From Octopus sinensis (taxonomy: Eukaryota): 64,000 nt of DNA. Below the pieces are notes generated by a model. The model saw only the letters and a list, made by a program, of their open reading frames with translations. It searched no databases and was not told where the DNA came from. Position numbers and translations under genes: made by a program. The stretch covers positions 8,618,001 to 8,682,000 of the forward strand of contig NC_042997.1 in NCBI RefSeq assembly GCF_006345805.1. Reading direction: 5' to 3'. Numbering within the stretch: the first letter of the stretch is position 1; every line of letters starts with the position of its first letter. Of the stretch, positions 63,741 to 64,000 are shown in pieces.

Positions 63741-63798
63741 CTGGGAGATATGGAACATGCATTAATTGTTCCTGTCTTCTTTGTACGGTTTTTGGTAT
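63741..63798 (-). CDS. Candidate 58-nt internal exon
   Basis: acttttttcaaaactAG|58 nt|GTaaag with cag|gt consensus; IPKTVQRRQEQLMHVPYLP ends in phase 1; a second frame is also open. Confidence 0.3.
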
Positions 63799-64000
63799 CT
63801 AGTTTTGAAAAAAGTATTTGATAAACGATTTTTCTTGTAGATAGAATTATCTGGTGTTAATATTATGCAATTGTAGCAATGGTTGTTCAGTAGATGTGGT
63901 AGAAGGGCATATGCTCTGGCAGGTCCAACCAAACTACAGAGATACTGGATGACTAACCCTAGGGAAAGACTACCTTATAGAAGCTAGCATGTAATCTTTC

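Overview
AT-rich, microsatellite- and repeat-dense animal genomic DNA. The SINE, RTE and Helitron repertoire and the (TA)/(TG)/(TATG) density look like an octopus (cephalopod) genome; this is an inference. No intact recognisable protein-coding gene, rRNA, true tRNA or CRISPR array is present, and nearly all listed ORFs are microsatellite or repeat artefacts. The window holds several dozen copies of tRNA-headed SINE families (labelled A, B, D, E, F here), RTE-clade LINE fragments and their (GAT)n-tailed 3'UTRs, non-autonomous Helitrons, TTAA- and TA-flanked MITEs, and decayed mariner, DD37E Tc1-like and Chapaev-like transposases. A few splice-site-bounded candidate exons may mark the 3' end of a minus-strand gene near 57-64 kb. 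Most notable are: (1) a 439-bp-period partial tandem element with an inverted 5' arm and a minimal type I hammerhead ribozyme motif (Penelope/retrozyme-like) at 10.85-11.51 kb; (2) a ~530-bp hairpin-rich non-coding element at 39.46 kb; (3) a template-switch rearrangement at 20 kb; (4) a near-perfect 694-bp tandem duplication. All comparisons and folds were done by eye, and repeat boundaries are approximate unless a TSD or terminus is cited.
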